Under the pieces are notes generated by a model. It searched no databases and was not told where the DNA came from. It was given only the letters and a program-made list of their open reading frames with translations. This document shows, piece by piece, positions 27,940 to 46,818 of a stretch of DNA of 64,000 nucleotides. Both the position numbers and the translations under genes were made by a program. Within the stretch, counting starts at the first letter, position 1, and each line of letters begins with the position of its first letter. The DNA is from Eledone cirrhosa. Lineage: Eukaryota. The stretch spans positions 95,542,001-95,606,000 of the forward strand of contig OZ024740.1 in the NCBI GenBank assembly GCA_964016885.1, written 5' to 3'.

Positions 27940-30900
27940 GTCGATAAGAAATTATCGTTATAGATAATCCAGTCAGAGGTTGTGAATACTCCGTATTGTG
28001 GATAGTTTTAGCGTACGACAGTGTTTGACTCAACAAGAAATTACCTTAGGTAGCGAGTGTGTGAGTTCTTGGGATTTCGTATGCAAGTTAATATTTGAGT
28101 AATAATAGTGAAAGAGTGAAGAATAACGTGGTCAACAGTACAAAAAGGGTTTACAGTATTAACAATTGTTTCATTGATTAAGTTGCCTAAACATTGCTAA
28201 TAGCTAATTAAATTTATACACGGCGTTTGTATTATACTAGGGAAATTCAAATCACAACATCACTAATAAAGAAAGAAGAAAAAAAGAAAAAAAGATACAG
28301 AGAAAAAGAAAGAACAACAAAGAAAAACAGAAAAAAAAGAAGAAAAAAAAGAAAAAAAAGAAAAAAGAAAAAAGAAAAAAAGAAAAAAAGAAAAAAAAAG
28401 AAGAAAAAAAAGAATAAAGTAAAAAAAAAAGAAGATAAAAAAGAATTAATAATAAATAAATAATAAATAAATAATAATAAATAAGTTATAATGAATATGA
28501 TAAAAAATAAATAAAATAATGTATACGTGTGCAAAGAAAAGTGAACATAATATGATTGTTGAAATAGTTGTGGTGTCAGTTGTTAAAATATAAAGAAGTG
28601 ATGGTATAAAGATGAAAATATTAAATATATACATACATTGGTTAACTTAATAAATTAATAAATTGGAAGTTGTTAGAAGTGAAGAGAATACGATAGGGTA
28701 TAATATAAGAGGTTAAATATATTTAGGGAAAGAGAGTGAAAGAGAGAAAAGTTAGGAGGTTATGATGTTGACTCATTGATTAGTTGATGTATTGACAGTT
28801 AATAATAACAATAATGGGTTATTATAATAGGTGGTACACTGTGAATTATGGAACTGTTGTGTTGAATCAAGTTGGTTTGAAATTCGGGAATTCACTAGAT
28901 GATTTATGCCTACAGAAAATTAACCGTTCAATTTTGTTGTTAAACAGCATTTTGTCATATTTTAAAATACGGAACAACTCCATATTGCAAAGTCCGCAGT
29001 GGGACATTCCATTATCGTAGGCCTTTGCCCCTGACAATTTCGACCAGTTAATCCAGTATTCTTGGTTTGTATCTTTCAGCTGCCAGATTTTATTGGCGAG
29101 CGTTGCTGTGTTCATTAGTCTACGGTTCTTTATAGAGTGTCTGTGTACGTACCATGTGTTTTTTAAAACTCCTGCCGTAGAACCTATATAGTGTCATGCT
29201 AAGTTGCCTGAATTTATAGTACACTGGTACTCTATATTTGACTCCATCTATTTTGTAGCGGGCACTCATCCAGTACGTGACAATTACATTTTGAGACTTT
29301 CCTGTGTGCCGGTTCAACGATACAGTTTTGTATGTTGTTATGTATGGGTTGAGATTTGGGTTTGTTGATGTGTTGTTGTGATGCGGTTTGACGTGCGTGT
29401 GGCTGTGATATTGTTATGTTTTTGTGTTTTGTATTCGGTGTTATGGTGTTTGTTTGTAGGTTATTTGCATTAGAGATTCTTTTTATAGTTAATTTTATAT
29501 ATGTGTGATTCTATGCTGGTTGCAGTAGAGTAAGATAGTTTGATAGTATTTCTATGAAATACTTTATGGTATTTGTGAAGTTTGGGGAAGTGCTTGTCAA
29601 TTATTTTAAAGAATGTAGAAGGTAGTTTGGTTTTTATAGAGTACTTAAATATTGGATTGAACCATAAGTGTTTCCTATCTCTGGATCTTCTATAGTTCCT
29701 AGTGGTCTTTATATTAGTATTCGGTTTCTTTATTTCTGGTGTTCCTTGTCTATATCTATGTTTAGTCTTATATTTGTTATGTCTATAGGTGTAGGTGGTG
29801 TTATTGCTGTTAAGTGTGTTTTTGTTTGTATCTGGTATGTATTTGAGTCTCTCTTTGTGGCCTGCGTTAAGTAAATCTATGTTGTAGTTGTTCGCGTGTT
29901 CATTAAACATCTCTAGCTTAGAAGATAAGCGTGAAATTCTAAAGTATATACTATGTGCTCTGGAGTCAATTATGGGGCGAGGGTGGTTTGAGTTATAATT
30001 AATGTAGGCGAGATTTTCGTTATTTTTATGGAAGGGCTCTATTAGTCCTGTGTTTAGGTTTAATGATACATCCAAGTAGCTAGCTTTTTTTAGAGTTGTG
30101 TTCGAAAGTAATGCTTAGGCATAGCTTATTGAAGAAGGTTCTAATCTTTTTACATAATCTTCTAAGTTTTGATCATTTAAGTTTTTAGCGAAAAGTCGTA
30201 TATCGTCTCTATAAATTCCTCCCTGGAGTTTATCAAATTCCTTATGTAAGATATGTGCTATATATATTCCAACCATGTCTGTTAAGTGAGCTGCGTCGTT
30301 AGATTCCATAATGATATCAAAGTTATTCTGTCTGTTTTTTTTCCCAGTAACTATTATCGAACCTCTTCTTGCAGCCAGTATTATTCTAATTTCATCAGAG
30401 GGTAGGTCCGAGTTTTTTAGTGCAAAGGTTAGTGCCTTATTTAGGGTGACTGGGGAAATAGAGGAGTAGTCGTCATTGATGTCAAACTGTATGAAATCGG
30501 ATGTTTCCTTATTGTCTAATTTGCGAAACCAATCTATTGCTTCGATAGTGTTACCTCAAAGCTTAATTATTAGTTTGTCTTTAATTTGTAGTATTATTCT
30601 ATCTATTATATACTTGCTAATTCTACCTATATCCGATTTCGATGGGCATATTAATCTAATAGTAGGGCCAGTTTCGAAGTTGCATTTATGATCCTTCAGA
30701 TTAAATGTGGGTTTACAAGGGGTCAGAAGTTCGGTTCTATCAGATATTTTCATTTTTTAATACTATGTTAAGTCCTTCCTTATTAATGTTAATGAGTGTA
30801 GACTGTAGTTTTCTTGTATTTTTTGTATAATTCTCGGCGTATAAAGTTATTGTATGTATTAAGGCTTATGGTGTATACGTTTGGTATTTTATCTGCCATT

Positions 30901-31582
30901 ACTATAATACCGTTGGTGTTACGCAATTTCTTTAGTAGTGCATTAATGTCATTTTGTAGTCTGTTGTAATGTATCCGTTTTTTGAAGAATGGTTCCGTTT
31001 ATCATGTTCATGAGGTCAAGTTAAAAGGCATGATGTTGCCCCTAGCATCATGCCTTTCGCTGGAATTTTGCAGGATTTGAACCCATATCTTCCGTTGGTA
31101 AATTCAACATTTTCATTATTAATATGTCCTTTATCGTAATAATATGCTTTCCATCGGATTCGACGGATAAAGTCATTAGTTATCTGCCTCAAACCCATTG
31201 TATATTCCATATTTTGAACAATCATATTATGTTCACTTTTCTTCGCACACGTATACAAGTTTTTATTTATTTTTTATCATCTTCATTATAACTTATTTAT
31301 TATTATTTATTTATTATTTTTTATTTTATTTTTATTTTTTTCCAACTTTTTTTAATTTTTCTTCTTTCTTTTTATCTCTATGTTTTTATTGTTTTTCTTT
31401 TTTTTCTTTATTACTGATGTTGTAATTTGAATTTCCCTAGTATATTACAAACGTCGTATAATTCTAATCAGTTTTTCAGATAATTTGGTGAAGCATACAT
31501 TGTATTTAAAAAACAATTGTTAATATTCTAAATAAAACCATTTGTGTACTGTTGACCATGTTATTGTTCATTCTTTCACTAT
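27940..31582 (-). mobile_element. Near-complete decayed Penelope-like element (probably Naiad-type) with inverted pLTR (28105-28562 / 31215-31582)
   Basis: Inverted arms plus RT and endonuclease remnants. Confidence 0.9.
28867..31215 (-). pseudogene. PLE reverse transcriptase / GIY-YIG endonuclease, multiply disrupted
   Basis: DFIRRIRWKAYY, PTIRLICPSKSDIGRISK, FIQFDI, GIYRDD, YLDVSLNL, SNHP, LWFNP, TIKLSYS, IWQLKD, CGLC...CRHK. Confidence 0.9.
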
Positions 31583-31924
31583 ATATATATATATATGAGA
31601 GCTTGTGTATACTTGCAAATGTGTATTTGTCTATATATGTATGTACATATCATTTCGTAAGTTTATCATTCCTTCAAATAAAAGCTACTGTATATAAAAT
31701 TCACAAAGGGTATTTTGGAATTCGGAGTAAAATGATGGGGAATGTAATAATAATAATACCAACGACAGAATTTTCGTACAATTTTTCCTTCAATTGTAAT
31801 GTAATAAATATATCGACAAGTTCCTGCAACGCCTTAACGAGTGGGGGAGCTCGTTAAATCGGAGAGAAGAAACAACGTTTCCTTTGATTTTTCCAAAGGA
31901 TAATACTATCTATTGTTCACAAAT

Positions 31925-32046
31925 CCAGGCAGAAGGAGCAACGTGAAATAAAGTGTCTTGCTCAAAGACGTAACGCATCACCCGATCCTCGAATCGAAAT
32001 CTTACGATTGTGAATCTAATTCTCTCACCACTCAGCCACGCACCTT
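31925..32046 (-). mobile_element. tRNA-derived SINE head (family 1)
   Basis: A box TGGCTGAGTGG, degenerate B box, ttgagcaagacactttatttcac core; related to 56275-56445. Confidence 0.7.
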
Positions 32047-33269
32047 TCCGGTATATAACATAAAAAAATACTTTAACTCATCCATACGAACATAATTAGG
32101 GAAAGGATTGCAGGAAGATATCCATGATGAAAGTGAAAACAATGGCATATGTTGTATGAGTGTACATAATGAATATCTATGAAAATGTCACACATGATCT
32201 GGTATTATATGAACTAATAATCTGCGGAGTCATTTACTAAGATTTGCCACTATTCTTACCACGAAATATTTTAAATCAGCATATATTCTGTCACGAGACT
32301 TCGACATTATTAAGATACTCTTTCAGTTATCCTATTCCACAGTGTATTCAATCTGTTGCTAGATTATCTCTAAACCAAACAACAAGAGTTTGACTGCAAC
32401 TTAATATGTTTTCCACTCAAAGACCCATGATTAATAGTAACCCATGACTACCTATGAAAAGCCATGAAAACCAAGATTAATAATAAGATGTCCTAAACTA
32501 TAATTTTCATTATTATTCATAAAATTCTGGACGCGTAAATGAATGGTTAGATGGAGGAAGAAGCATCACGGATATTGTTTTTTTTATTTTAACAGAAACC
32601 ATGTTCTCATGCATTTCAATGGTTTTGAGAATAGATAAAGCTCCAGCAAATCTGTGAAGGCTAAAGTCTAAAATAGTCAAGAATTTCGAAAATCAAAAAT
32701 AGAAACATTAATCGAGAAGAAAAATAGAAATCGAGAAAATGGAATAACGTAAATAAGTTGATAGACCTAGAACACGATATATATTTCCAACATATACTAG
32801 GATACATACATACAGAGTAAAAACCGTGAGGATATTGGCAACATGGGTAATGTTATTGTTATGGAGATATGTCAAATAAAACATATATTAATTTCTAAAT
32901 CAAAAACGAAAATAATGGATAATGCTTTTGTATGGTAAATGTAAATAAACAGTTATGTCACATGGGAGAATATCAATCAATTTAATTTCCTAAACAGAGG
33001 TTTCACCCAAACTGAATCCATGATGTTTTTGGTCACCAGCTAATATGAGATTGTCGAAAATATCTACTACCGGCACCTGGAAGCACACAGGGATGGAGAA
33101 TTACATTACAACATGATACAAGACCTTTCTATAGAAGCTGCTGTCATCTAAAAACAAAGTAATTCTGCCAGCCAAGGAAAAATAAAACCTTATTGAATTC
33201 AATCAATACATTTCATGTCAGCGACACAATACCCTCCTCTATGTTAGCTTGCGCTGTACACTTTACATG

Positions 33270-34013
33270 CGAGTTGTGTCCCATTAGGCAGGTGGAGAAT
33301 TTCATGATCATACGGCCGTCCTTTCGTGTGGTAGAATGTATCAGGCGGAATTAAGTGCTATAGTTGCAGGACGAGGTGCAGTCATGAGCCAGCTTCAGCA
33401 TTTTGAAGAAGAAATGTAGGTGTAAAAGCCAATCTCACTATCTTCAATTCGGTGTTCGTACCTGCCCTTATATACGGATATGAGCTTTGGAGTGAAAGAA
33501 TACGATCGGAAATGAAAGCGACTGAAATTGAGTTCATCAACAATCTAAGAATCAACATAGGTACAGCCGCTATTTCTTCGAATTAAGAGACAACATTACG
33601 GGCATGTGGTGTGATGTGTTTTTACAAATAATTGCAGGACAGATCTTTCGGATAAAACCATCCGATAGGAGACCAATGGGAGAGTCTCAGCAAGATGGTT
33701 GCATAACATTCATCAGCCCATCTGGTTTCATTTTGGCGTCCGGACCAATTGGAGTTGGTTGCTTCTAGAGGATCTGCTGGAAAGTGTCTTTGAAGATTTC
33801 AACTCAAGACTCTCGAAGACGAAGAAGAAGAAGACGAAGAAGAAGGAGAAGACGAAGACGAAGAAGAAGAAGAAGAAGAAGAAGAAGAAGAAGAAGAAGA
33901 AGAAGAAGAAGAAGAAGAAGAAGAAGAAGAAGAAGAAGAAGAAGAAGAAGAAGAAGAAGAAGAAGAAGAAGAAGAAGAAGAAGAAGAAGAAGAAGAAGAA
34001 GAAGAAGAAGAAG
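33270..34013 (+). mobile_element. RTE (Expander-like) LINE 3' fragment ending in (GAA)n at 33815-34013
   Basis: KANLTIFNSVFVPALIYGYELW, VQPLFLRI, YGHVV, RRPMG. Confidence 0.75.
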
Positions 34014-38863
<4,850 letters not shown>

Positions 38864-39053
38864 ATTGTTTCTACTTTTGGCACAAGGCCAGCAATTACCC
38901 AGTAGATTACTGGTACTTTATTTTATCGACCCCATAAGGATGAAAGGCAAAGTTAACCTCGGCGGGATTTGAACTCAGAATGGCAAGGGCCGTAACTCTA
39001 TACATCAAAGCATGGCGTCCGACCCTCTACCGATACTGCCAATTCACCGCCCT

Positions 39054-39054
<1 letters not shown>
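38864..39054 (-). mobile_element. tRNA-derived SINE family 2 (Nin-domain-like, octopus-type), embedded in (TAA)n
   Basis: TGGCAGTATCGG A box, GAGTTCAAATCC B box, gcctttcatccttatggggtcgataaa core. Confidence 0.85.
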
Positions 39055-39103
<49 letters not shown>

Positions 39104-39105
<2 letters not shown>

Positions 39106-42100
39106 TTTTCTTTATTAACCACAAGGGTTCACATAAAGTAGACATTAAGGACAGTACAGGACAATACAGGACGGTACAAATGGGCATTTCTGCGTGTAAA
39201 AAAACAGAGGTTGAAATAAAATAACAAAGAATAATTCCCCAATAGGGGAGAGACTTCCAAGGGACATTTGTGGAGAAAGCCCATTAAAAGACCACAGTGG
39301 CCATGACCACCAGGGCAAGTGCCCTCTCCCAGTTTTCCACCTTTAATTTACAGACACATACTCAGAGAAGGCCCATTCATTCGGGCCATACTTGCTTCTC
39401 TCACCCATCTTTCAACAAAATGCTGGGAAGAGAGCACTTCCCTCTCTACCCTGATTTTCCTTTTCAAATGAAATTTGAAAAAGTTAATCAGGGCATCACC
39501 GAAGAGGTAAGTGCTCGTCTTCAGCCCTTTCAAACGTGTCCACCATACTATCTCTTTCGCCATGGCCACCAGACAGATAAAAACTGCCTGCCCTTCCAGG
39601 CTAAAGGAAGGGGGCGGGGCAATCCTCACGATGGACTCAGCTGATAGCTGGATCCGTCCTACACGTGACAGCAGGTGTTCGACATAAACCCACAAGTCAG
39701 CAATGCTCGGACACTGGACGAGTGCGTGCAGGACGGTTTCGTCGCCCTGCGCGCATCTCGGACATGCCCGGCTGACGGCACCTCCATGCCTGTAGAGTTT
39801 ATCCCGAACTGGCAAAGCTCCTCGGTAGCACTGCCAGGCCAGGGATTTCTGGTAGTTGTCCATAGGCCCCGGCCCGAAAATCCTTCCGAAGAGATTGGCT
39901 AGTTGATTTTCGTCGACGCCTAGAGTTTCTCCAAGTACGTCGTCGCTCTTCCCCTCCACTAATCCCCTATAGAACGCCAAGGTGGAGTTTCCACCGATCA
40001 CATTGCCCGATTGGTCGAGGGCTGTGAGCGCCTGAAGACATTCCAGTCTCCAAGCGCTCCCTCTCGGTCTTCGCTTGACCCAGGACTGCAGCTCCGTCAA
40101 GGAGACGAGCTGGGGAAAAACGTGTCTTGCAAACGGCGACCACACCTGATCACCGTCGAGGAAGAGGTGGAGATGTCGTAGCCTGAGCGCGTGTCTGCGC
40201 ATCATCAGCCACGGCATGCCCAGCCCTCCACGTAGCGGGTGTTGACAGCAGATGGACCGCCTGACCATCGGAGCGCGTCCCTTCCACAAGAAGCGAAAGA
40301 GCAAACGCTCCAGCGCAGTCAGGCGGGGCTTAGGACAAGGTATGACGGTCAGGCGGTAGTAGATGACGGATGCGATGTACGCATTCGCCACCTCCGCTCG
40401 ACCTTTCAGGGATAGCTTCCTCTCGGCCCATTTCTGGGTGAGAGAAGCCACCCTGCTCGTCACCTCGTCCCAGTTTTTGTCCGTCTGGAGGTCTGGACCG
40501 AACCAGAACCCTAGCAATTTAACCGGTCCGTCCGTCCAGCGCCCGACGACGCTGTTGGACGGCATGGACCTTCCTCTCCAGGTGCCGAGCTGCAGGCCCA
40601 CTGACTTTTCCTGGTTGATCATTGCTCCTGTCACCGCTTCGTATTCTCTTAGTGTAGTGCCGATCGCCTCGATGTGTTTGGCGTTCGACACCACTACGGT
40701 GACATCGTCGGCATATGCTGACACGGATCTTCCGCATCCTAGTTCGCGCGGGACCCCCCTCAACGTCTCCAGTTTGTGCAGTAATGGCTCGAGAGTCAAT
40801 ACGTACAATAGGGACGAGAGGGGACATCCTTGGCGGACTGAGCGCATGATGTTGAACGGTTCCGAAAGGTGACCGTTCACTCTCACTACAGAGCAGATGT
40901 CGCTGTGCATGGCAGCGATTCAGCCTCTGAAGACGGGCCCAAAGCCAGCCGCCCTCAGGACTGCCGCTAGGTAACGATGGTCGACCCTATCGAAAGCATT
41001 CGACTGATCTAAATTGATCAAGGACCCACCCGTGCCAGGTTCCTTATCTACCCTGTCTATGATGTATCGCATGAGGTGGAGGTTGTCGTGGATGGATCTG
41101 TCGGGAATGGCGCATGTCTGCGCCTCTCCCACCAGACCACCAACGACAAGCGCCAACCTCTTTGCTAGCACCTTGGCCAAAATCTTGAACTCTGTGTTTA
41201 GCAGAGTTATGGGCCGGAAATTATCTATGTTATCCCCCTTGTTCGGATCCTTTCTCAGCAGCGCCACCGCTCCTCGGCTCACAGAGCTGGGAATTCTCCC
41301 GTTCTGTTGCCAGTTGCAGTAGACGTCCGCCAAGAGGCCTCCGAACAAGTTTGGCATTTGTACGTAAAGTTCATAGGGCAGACCATCCAAACCAGGCGAT
41401 TTACCCCTTGTGCAACTAGTCATTGCATCACGTACTTCAGCGGTTGTTATCGGCTTTTCGCAACACTCCGCCTCAGTGGCCGAAAGCCGCAGCAGTCCGT
41501 CGAGGTAGACACTAAAGTCCATCCCTCGATCCGGCCCGCCACTGCCCCCGAACAGTTGAGCGAAGTGTCGCTGAAAAGCTTCACACATTTGCCCGGGATC
41601 GAGTAGCATGCGCCCGTCGTGGTCCACCAAAGACCGGATCTTGGATTTGTTGCCACGACGCGCCTCCGCCACTCGGGCCCATTGAACGGCTTTCGTCCCC
41701 TCGTGTCTGAGAGCACGCACCCTAGCTCTGACAACGCAGCCTTCGTGCTTTGCATTGAAGAATTGGTCAAGGGCCAATTTCGCCGCAAGTACGTCGGTCG
41801 CGATGCCTTTGCTAAGCGCCTCATCTAATTTTCTAACTAATTCTCCCTCTGCTCTATTTTTCTCTATTGCTAAAGTCTTACTAAACCTAATGGACTCTAT
41901 TCTAATTGCTCTTTTCAGAGCAAACCACCACTTGTTGTTGACGATGGCCTCCGTCAACGCCCGCTTAACTAGTTCGCTAATCCGGTCTCTGTAGGCCTTG
42001 CGCGCTGGTAAGGACGCGTTTAACTTCCAGTAGCCGGGTCGTCGTCTATGAAGCCTATCTAAGTCAAGCACACAGATCACGAATTTGTGGTCCGTGTAGC

Positions 42101-43655
42101 TGACTATCTTGAATTGTGGACAGCCTATGCTAGACCTATCTATTTCCCTACAAAATACTCTATCTAGATATGATCTGGATGACCCTATGCGATTTGTCCA
42201 AGTCCACATTGGTACATTCGGGAAATCCATTCGGTACCTGTCAGACAGTTCAAAACGTCTGAGCAGGTTGGTGAGACTCTTGCACCCTCATTCCCTATCC
42301 ACTAATCCCACACAATCCCAGCGTGCATCTAAGATCCCGTTCCAGTCGCCCACTAACACTGAAGAGCGGGACGTTCCAAGAAAGGTCTCCAGACGCCGGA
42401 AGAAATCAGGCCGCCCTGCTCCTGTCGGGGCATAGACGGCCACTAACCTGAAGGCTTGCCCGTCTCCGCTGGTCACGTCCAGCACCACCAACTTACCTTC
42501 TGGGTCCAGGAAGATGGCCCGTATGGCAAGATCCAAACCTCTCCGAAAAAGCACAGCAACTCCTCCCCCCGATCCCGGACGGCTGGGAGATGCGTACACA
42601 TCGTAGCCGCCGAAGATCGGTGCGAGGGCCCGTGCTTCGGAGATTCTGGTCTCGCTGATGGCCACTACATCTATGTTTAGTGACCTCAGGTCGCTGAGCA
42701 GGTGACCCTGCTTCCATGACGACCCCAAGCCACGCGCATTTATGCTGCCTATTCTGAGTGAGGTCATGTTTAACATAGAGTGGAAAAGATGGGAAAGACC
42801 ACTTACCGTACTTTTGGTAGAGGAGGGATGGTTTTTACATCCCTTTTCACTTGATCGTCTGGTGAAGGGACCGTTGATTCGTCCCTTCGGCTGGTCGTCG
42901 GCTCTTCTAAGAGAATGTCTGAATATACTCTTCGATTGATGGTTCCTCCTAGGTCCCTGAAATCACCAACTGCGTTGGGGAATTTCGTTTTAATGTTTGT
43001 GTATTGTTTCTGTGCCATTTTTAGCAGTCTTATGTTAGTTGGCGTTTTGATTGGTGCTGGTATTATGTAGTCCTGTTGTGAAATGTCTGTGTGTTCAATT
43101 ATGTAAGTCATTAGTTTCTTGTTGTGTGTATTTATTACCGTGCATTTGTTTTTCTGAGGGTGGTGTGTGGTTCTGCTATTTTCTTGTCGTTGTTGCTGGG
43201 TGTGTGTGTTTTGTTGTTGTGTTTGCGATGTTGGTGCTTGTGTTGGTGGTGTTGAAGGTGTTGTTGGCGGTGGGGTTGTCGCCGGTGGTGATGGTGGTGC
43301 TAGTGTGGGTGGTGATGGTGTTGGTGGTGTTGCTGCAGTGGATCTCTTTGCAGTAGACTTTACCCTTTTCTCATTTCTTTCCTCCCTTTTCAAAGGCGAC
43401 GATGCGCTGCTTCTGCGTTTGTGCCTTCTTACGACCTTTTGCCATCCCTCTCCCACCTCACACTCCATGTCTGATTCTGTGAGGTCGGGGAGGGGTACCA
43501 GCTCCACTCTTTCACTTGTTGTTGTTGGTGATGTTTGCACTGGAGTCTCTGTTGCAGCTGCATTTTGTATTGCTGTTGTTGTTGTTAATATTTCCACTGC
43601 TGCTGCTGTTTTTGATTTCCGTGGCGTGGGTATGGGTGCCACGTGGGTATGGGTG
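39104..43655 (-). mobile_element. Tx1/L1-clade LINE, ORF1 5'-truncated, 3' end (AATAAA) abutting (TTA)n
   Basis: ORF1 remnant 42803-43642 and a full-length ORF2 frame. Confidence 0.92.
39348..42776 (-). pseudogene. Tx1-like ORF2 (APE endonuclease, RT, Cys knuckle); one frame of 1143 codons with two TGA stops (42288, 40920)
   Basis: SINARGL, SETR, VYAP, GDWN, YLDR, TDH, WKLN, SPGLDGLP, NFRPITLLN, QGCPLS, YADD, CPRC..ETVLHALVQC. Confidence 0.92.
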
Positions 43656-43882
43656 CACTAGGGACTATCTCCAAAAGTTTCGAGGGACGGTTAAAGAAAA
43701 TCGGCCCCTTCACGCTTTTTGGAACGCTTCAAAAGACATGCTTGCTGGGGACAGCAAGAACACTCCGATACGTCCTGAATATCTGAGGCTGCAGGTAGTG
43801 GCTTGATATTCATTCCAACGGACTTTCCAGTTAACTAACATCAATGACTGAGATTCAAGGAATAATAATAATAATAATAATA
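43652..43882 (+). mobile_element. R4 family B 3'-end fragment (B2) with TAA tail
   Basis: Matches 46552-46758 and 38625-38833. Confidence 0.9.
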
Positions 43883-46767
43883 AGATTTGTAGACAGGAAA
43901 AAGTTAAAAGAAACAACAGCTAAGGTAAACAAAGTCATCCCATATCTTGAGACGAGGAGCCTTCACCAGTGCAACACTATCCTCAAAGCAACAGCAAATA
44001 CGGTGAGGAAACTACTTGGTATAAAAGCGAGAGAAAACAACAGACAAGAAAGAGCAGAGCCTTGGTGGAAGAAACGACTGAGTGGTCAAATCAGGGAAAT
44101 GAGAAATGACATTGGAAAGCTTGAGTCACTACTGAATGGGACACTAACAAGCATAGACACTAAAAATAGACTGGAAATAAAGTACAAAACTACGAGGAAA
44201 AAGCTAAATATTATCATAGAGGAACTGGAGCAACGCATTGTAGCAAAGAGTGCAAAAATCAGGCGATACGAGAACAGAGTCAGTCAGTATAAACAGAACC
44301 GCATGTTCGACAACAACCAGAAGATGATGTTTGGACAGCTTGAAGGGAAGGAAAGAGGCAACGACTTGATCCCTGAGGCGGAACAAACTAAAATATTCTG
44401 GAGAGGAATATGGTAGCAGGATGTTAGACATAATGACCAGGCAGTGTGGATTGAGACAGTACAGAAGGAGATCAGTGAACAGGTACACCAACAAACTGAT
44501 TTGAGTATCACAGTTGAAACTCTTAAGGGACAGGCCAAAAAACTAACCAACTGGAAACCACCAGGCCCAGATGTTGTGCAGGGGTATTGGATTAAATATA
44601 TAACATCCCTCCACCCGAAACTGACAACCATGTTCTATGACTGCTTGATGTCAGGTGAGGTACCAGAGTGGTTGACAAAAGGTACCACAGTTCTGATAAT
44701 GAAAGACCGAATCAAGGGTAATGATGTTACCAACTATAGACCTATCACATGTCTGTCCGTAATGTGGAAACTGTTGAGGAGCATTATGTCTGAGGAAATC
44801 TACCATCACCTCCACACAAACAACTTGTTACCGGACGAACAGAAAGGATGCCGAAAGAAGTCACGTGGTACAAAGGACCAGATTGATAAGATGGTAATGG
44901 GGAATTGCAAGAGGAGACACACTGATCTTGCCATGGGATGGATAGACTACAGAAAGGCATTTGTCATGGTGCCTCATTCTTGGATCACCAAAAGCCTGGA
45001 GATCTTCAAGGTGTCAGATAACATCAGACAGTTGTTGGGCAAAAGTATGAGGTCCTGGGAAACAGAGTTGACATCAACTGGAGAATCCTTGGGAAGCGTG
45101 AAGATCAAGAGAGGTATCTTCCAGGGAGATAGCCTGTCACCTCTGTTGTTTGACCATGCTCTGATGCCCCTGACGAGTGTACTGCGAAAAGTGAGAGCAG
45201 GATACATGTTGGGAAACGGAGGGCTTATCATCAATCACCTCCTCTTCATGGACGATCTTAAGCTCTTCGGGAAGAGTGAGAAGGAGTTGGATGTGCTTGT
45301 TGACACTGTCCGTATTTTCAGCAGTGATATATGTATGCAATTTGGTATTAGTAAGTGTGGAGTCATTGTGATGAGGATGGGTAAGTTGAGCAGAAGTAAC
45401 GGAATCCAGATACCAACAGGTGAGATGATAAAGGAAATTGTCTCTGAGGAAGGATACAGGTATTTGGGCGTTCTGGAGGCTGATGGCATAAAGAACAAAA
45501 ACATGAAGTAATTGTTAAGAATTGAATACATTCGGAGAGTAAGGAGCGTATTGAAGTCACATCTGAACAGCAGAAATGCCATAAGCACAGTAAATTCCCG
45601 AGCTGTGTCTATTATTAGGTACAGTGCGGGAATTCTGAGATGGAAGTTGCTGAACAAAAACAAATGGATAGGAAGACTAGGAAGCTATTGTCTATGTACA
45701 ACATGTTCCACAAGAGGAGTGATGTCGATAGACTCTACCTAAGGATATCTGAGGGTGGTAGAGGTCTTATCAGCATAGAGGACTGTGTTCAGATGGAGAA
45801 AAACAACCTACACAAATACGTGACTGATAGTAAGGAGCCATTGCTCAGAACTGTACTGAAGGAGGGGACAATAGGCCAGGGGATGTCCAAGGAAGATATG
45901 GCATCAAGGAGAAAGAGCAGCCTTCAGGAAAAATCCCTTCATAGTACCTTCTTTGAGAAATCTGAATTTAGAGATCCACAGACAATGAAGTGGTTGAAAA
46001 GAGGAGACGTTAAAAAGGCTACAGAAGGAATGTTAAAGGCTGCGCAGGAGCAGACCTTCAAAACGAAGTGGTTGAAACCCCATATTTACAAGGAGGAGGC
46101 TCGCCCACTGTGCAGGATCTGTGGAGAGAGAGAGGAGACTGTGGCTCACATTGTATCCGAGTGTAAACACCTAGCCCAGACCCACTATAAGGGCTGGAGA
46201 CATGATGTGATGGGCATGGTGAACCACTGGCACCTGTGCAAAAATAAACAACTTACCATATTCTGAGAAATGGTATAAGCATAAGCCAGAGGCAGTGATA
46301 GAGAACGATGAGGTGAAGGTGCTGTGGGATTTTAGGATACAGACGGACAAGAAACTGGAACACAATAGACCTGACCTGGTGGTTGTGAACAAAGAAAAAA
46401 GATTGTGTCTGGTTGAGGATGTGGCCTGCCCATTCGACACGAGAGTGCAAGAGAAGGAGAGGGAGAAAATTAAACGATACCAGGACCTAAATTGGGAGGG
46501 GAAAAGGATTTGGAACTGCCATGAAGTCAAAGTGATCCCGATTGTCATAGGCGCACTGGGGACTATCTCCAAAAGTTTCGAGGGACGGTTAAAGAAAATC
46601 GGCCCCTTTACGCTTTTTGGAACGCTTCAAAAGGCATGCTTGCTTGGAACAGCAAGAACCCTCCGATACGTCCTGAATATCTGAGGCTGCAGGTAGTGGC
46701 TTGATATTCAATTCAACGGACTTTCCGGTTAACCAACATCAATGACTGAGATTCAAGGAATAACAAC

Positions 46768-46817
<50 letters not shown>
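43883..46817 (+). mobile_element. R4 family B, copy B3 (longer, 5'-truncated), TAA tail
   Basis: PWWKKRL, RT motifs through FMDDLK, CCHC knuckle, VLWDFRIQTD..NRPD. Confidence 0.92.

Positions 46818-46818
<1 letters not shown>

Noticed and set aside
28155-28270. Hammerhead in the 28-31 kb PLE pLTR (GAAA-caattg-TT on -)
   Set aside because: No intact CUGANGA in either arm; too decayed to call
40920-42290. Two in-frame TGAs in Tx1 ORF2 as selenocysteine or readthrough
   Set aside because: One sits at an expected Trp (TGG to TGA) and no SECIS is evident; ordinary nonsense mutation is simpler
40363-43806. Plus-strand ORFs overlapping the Tx1 element
   Set aside because: Antisense shadows of a GC-rich coding sequence
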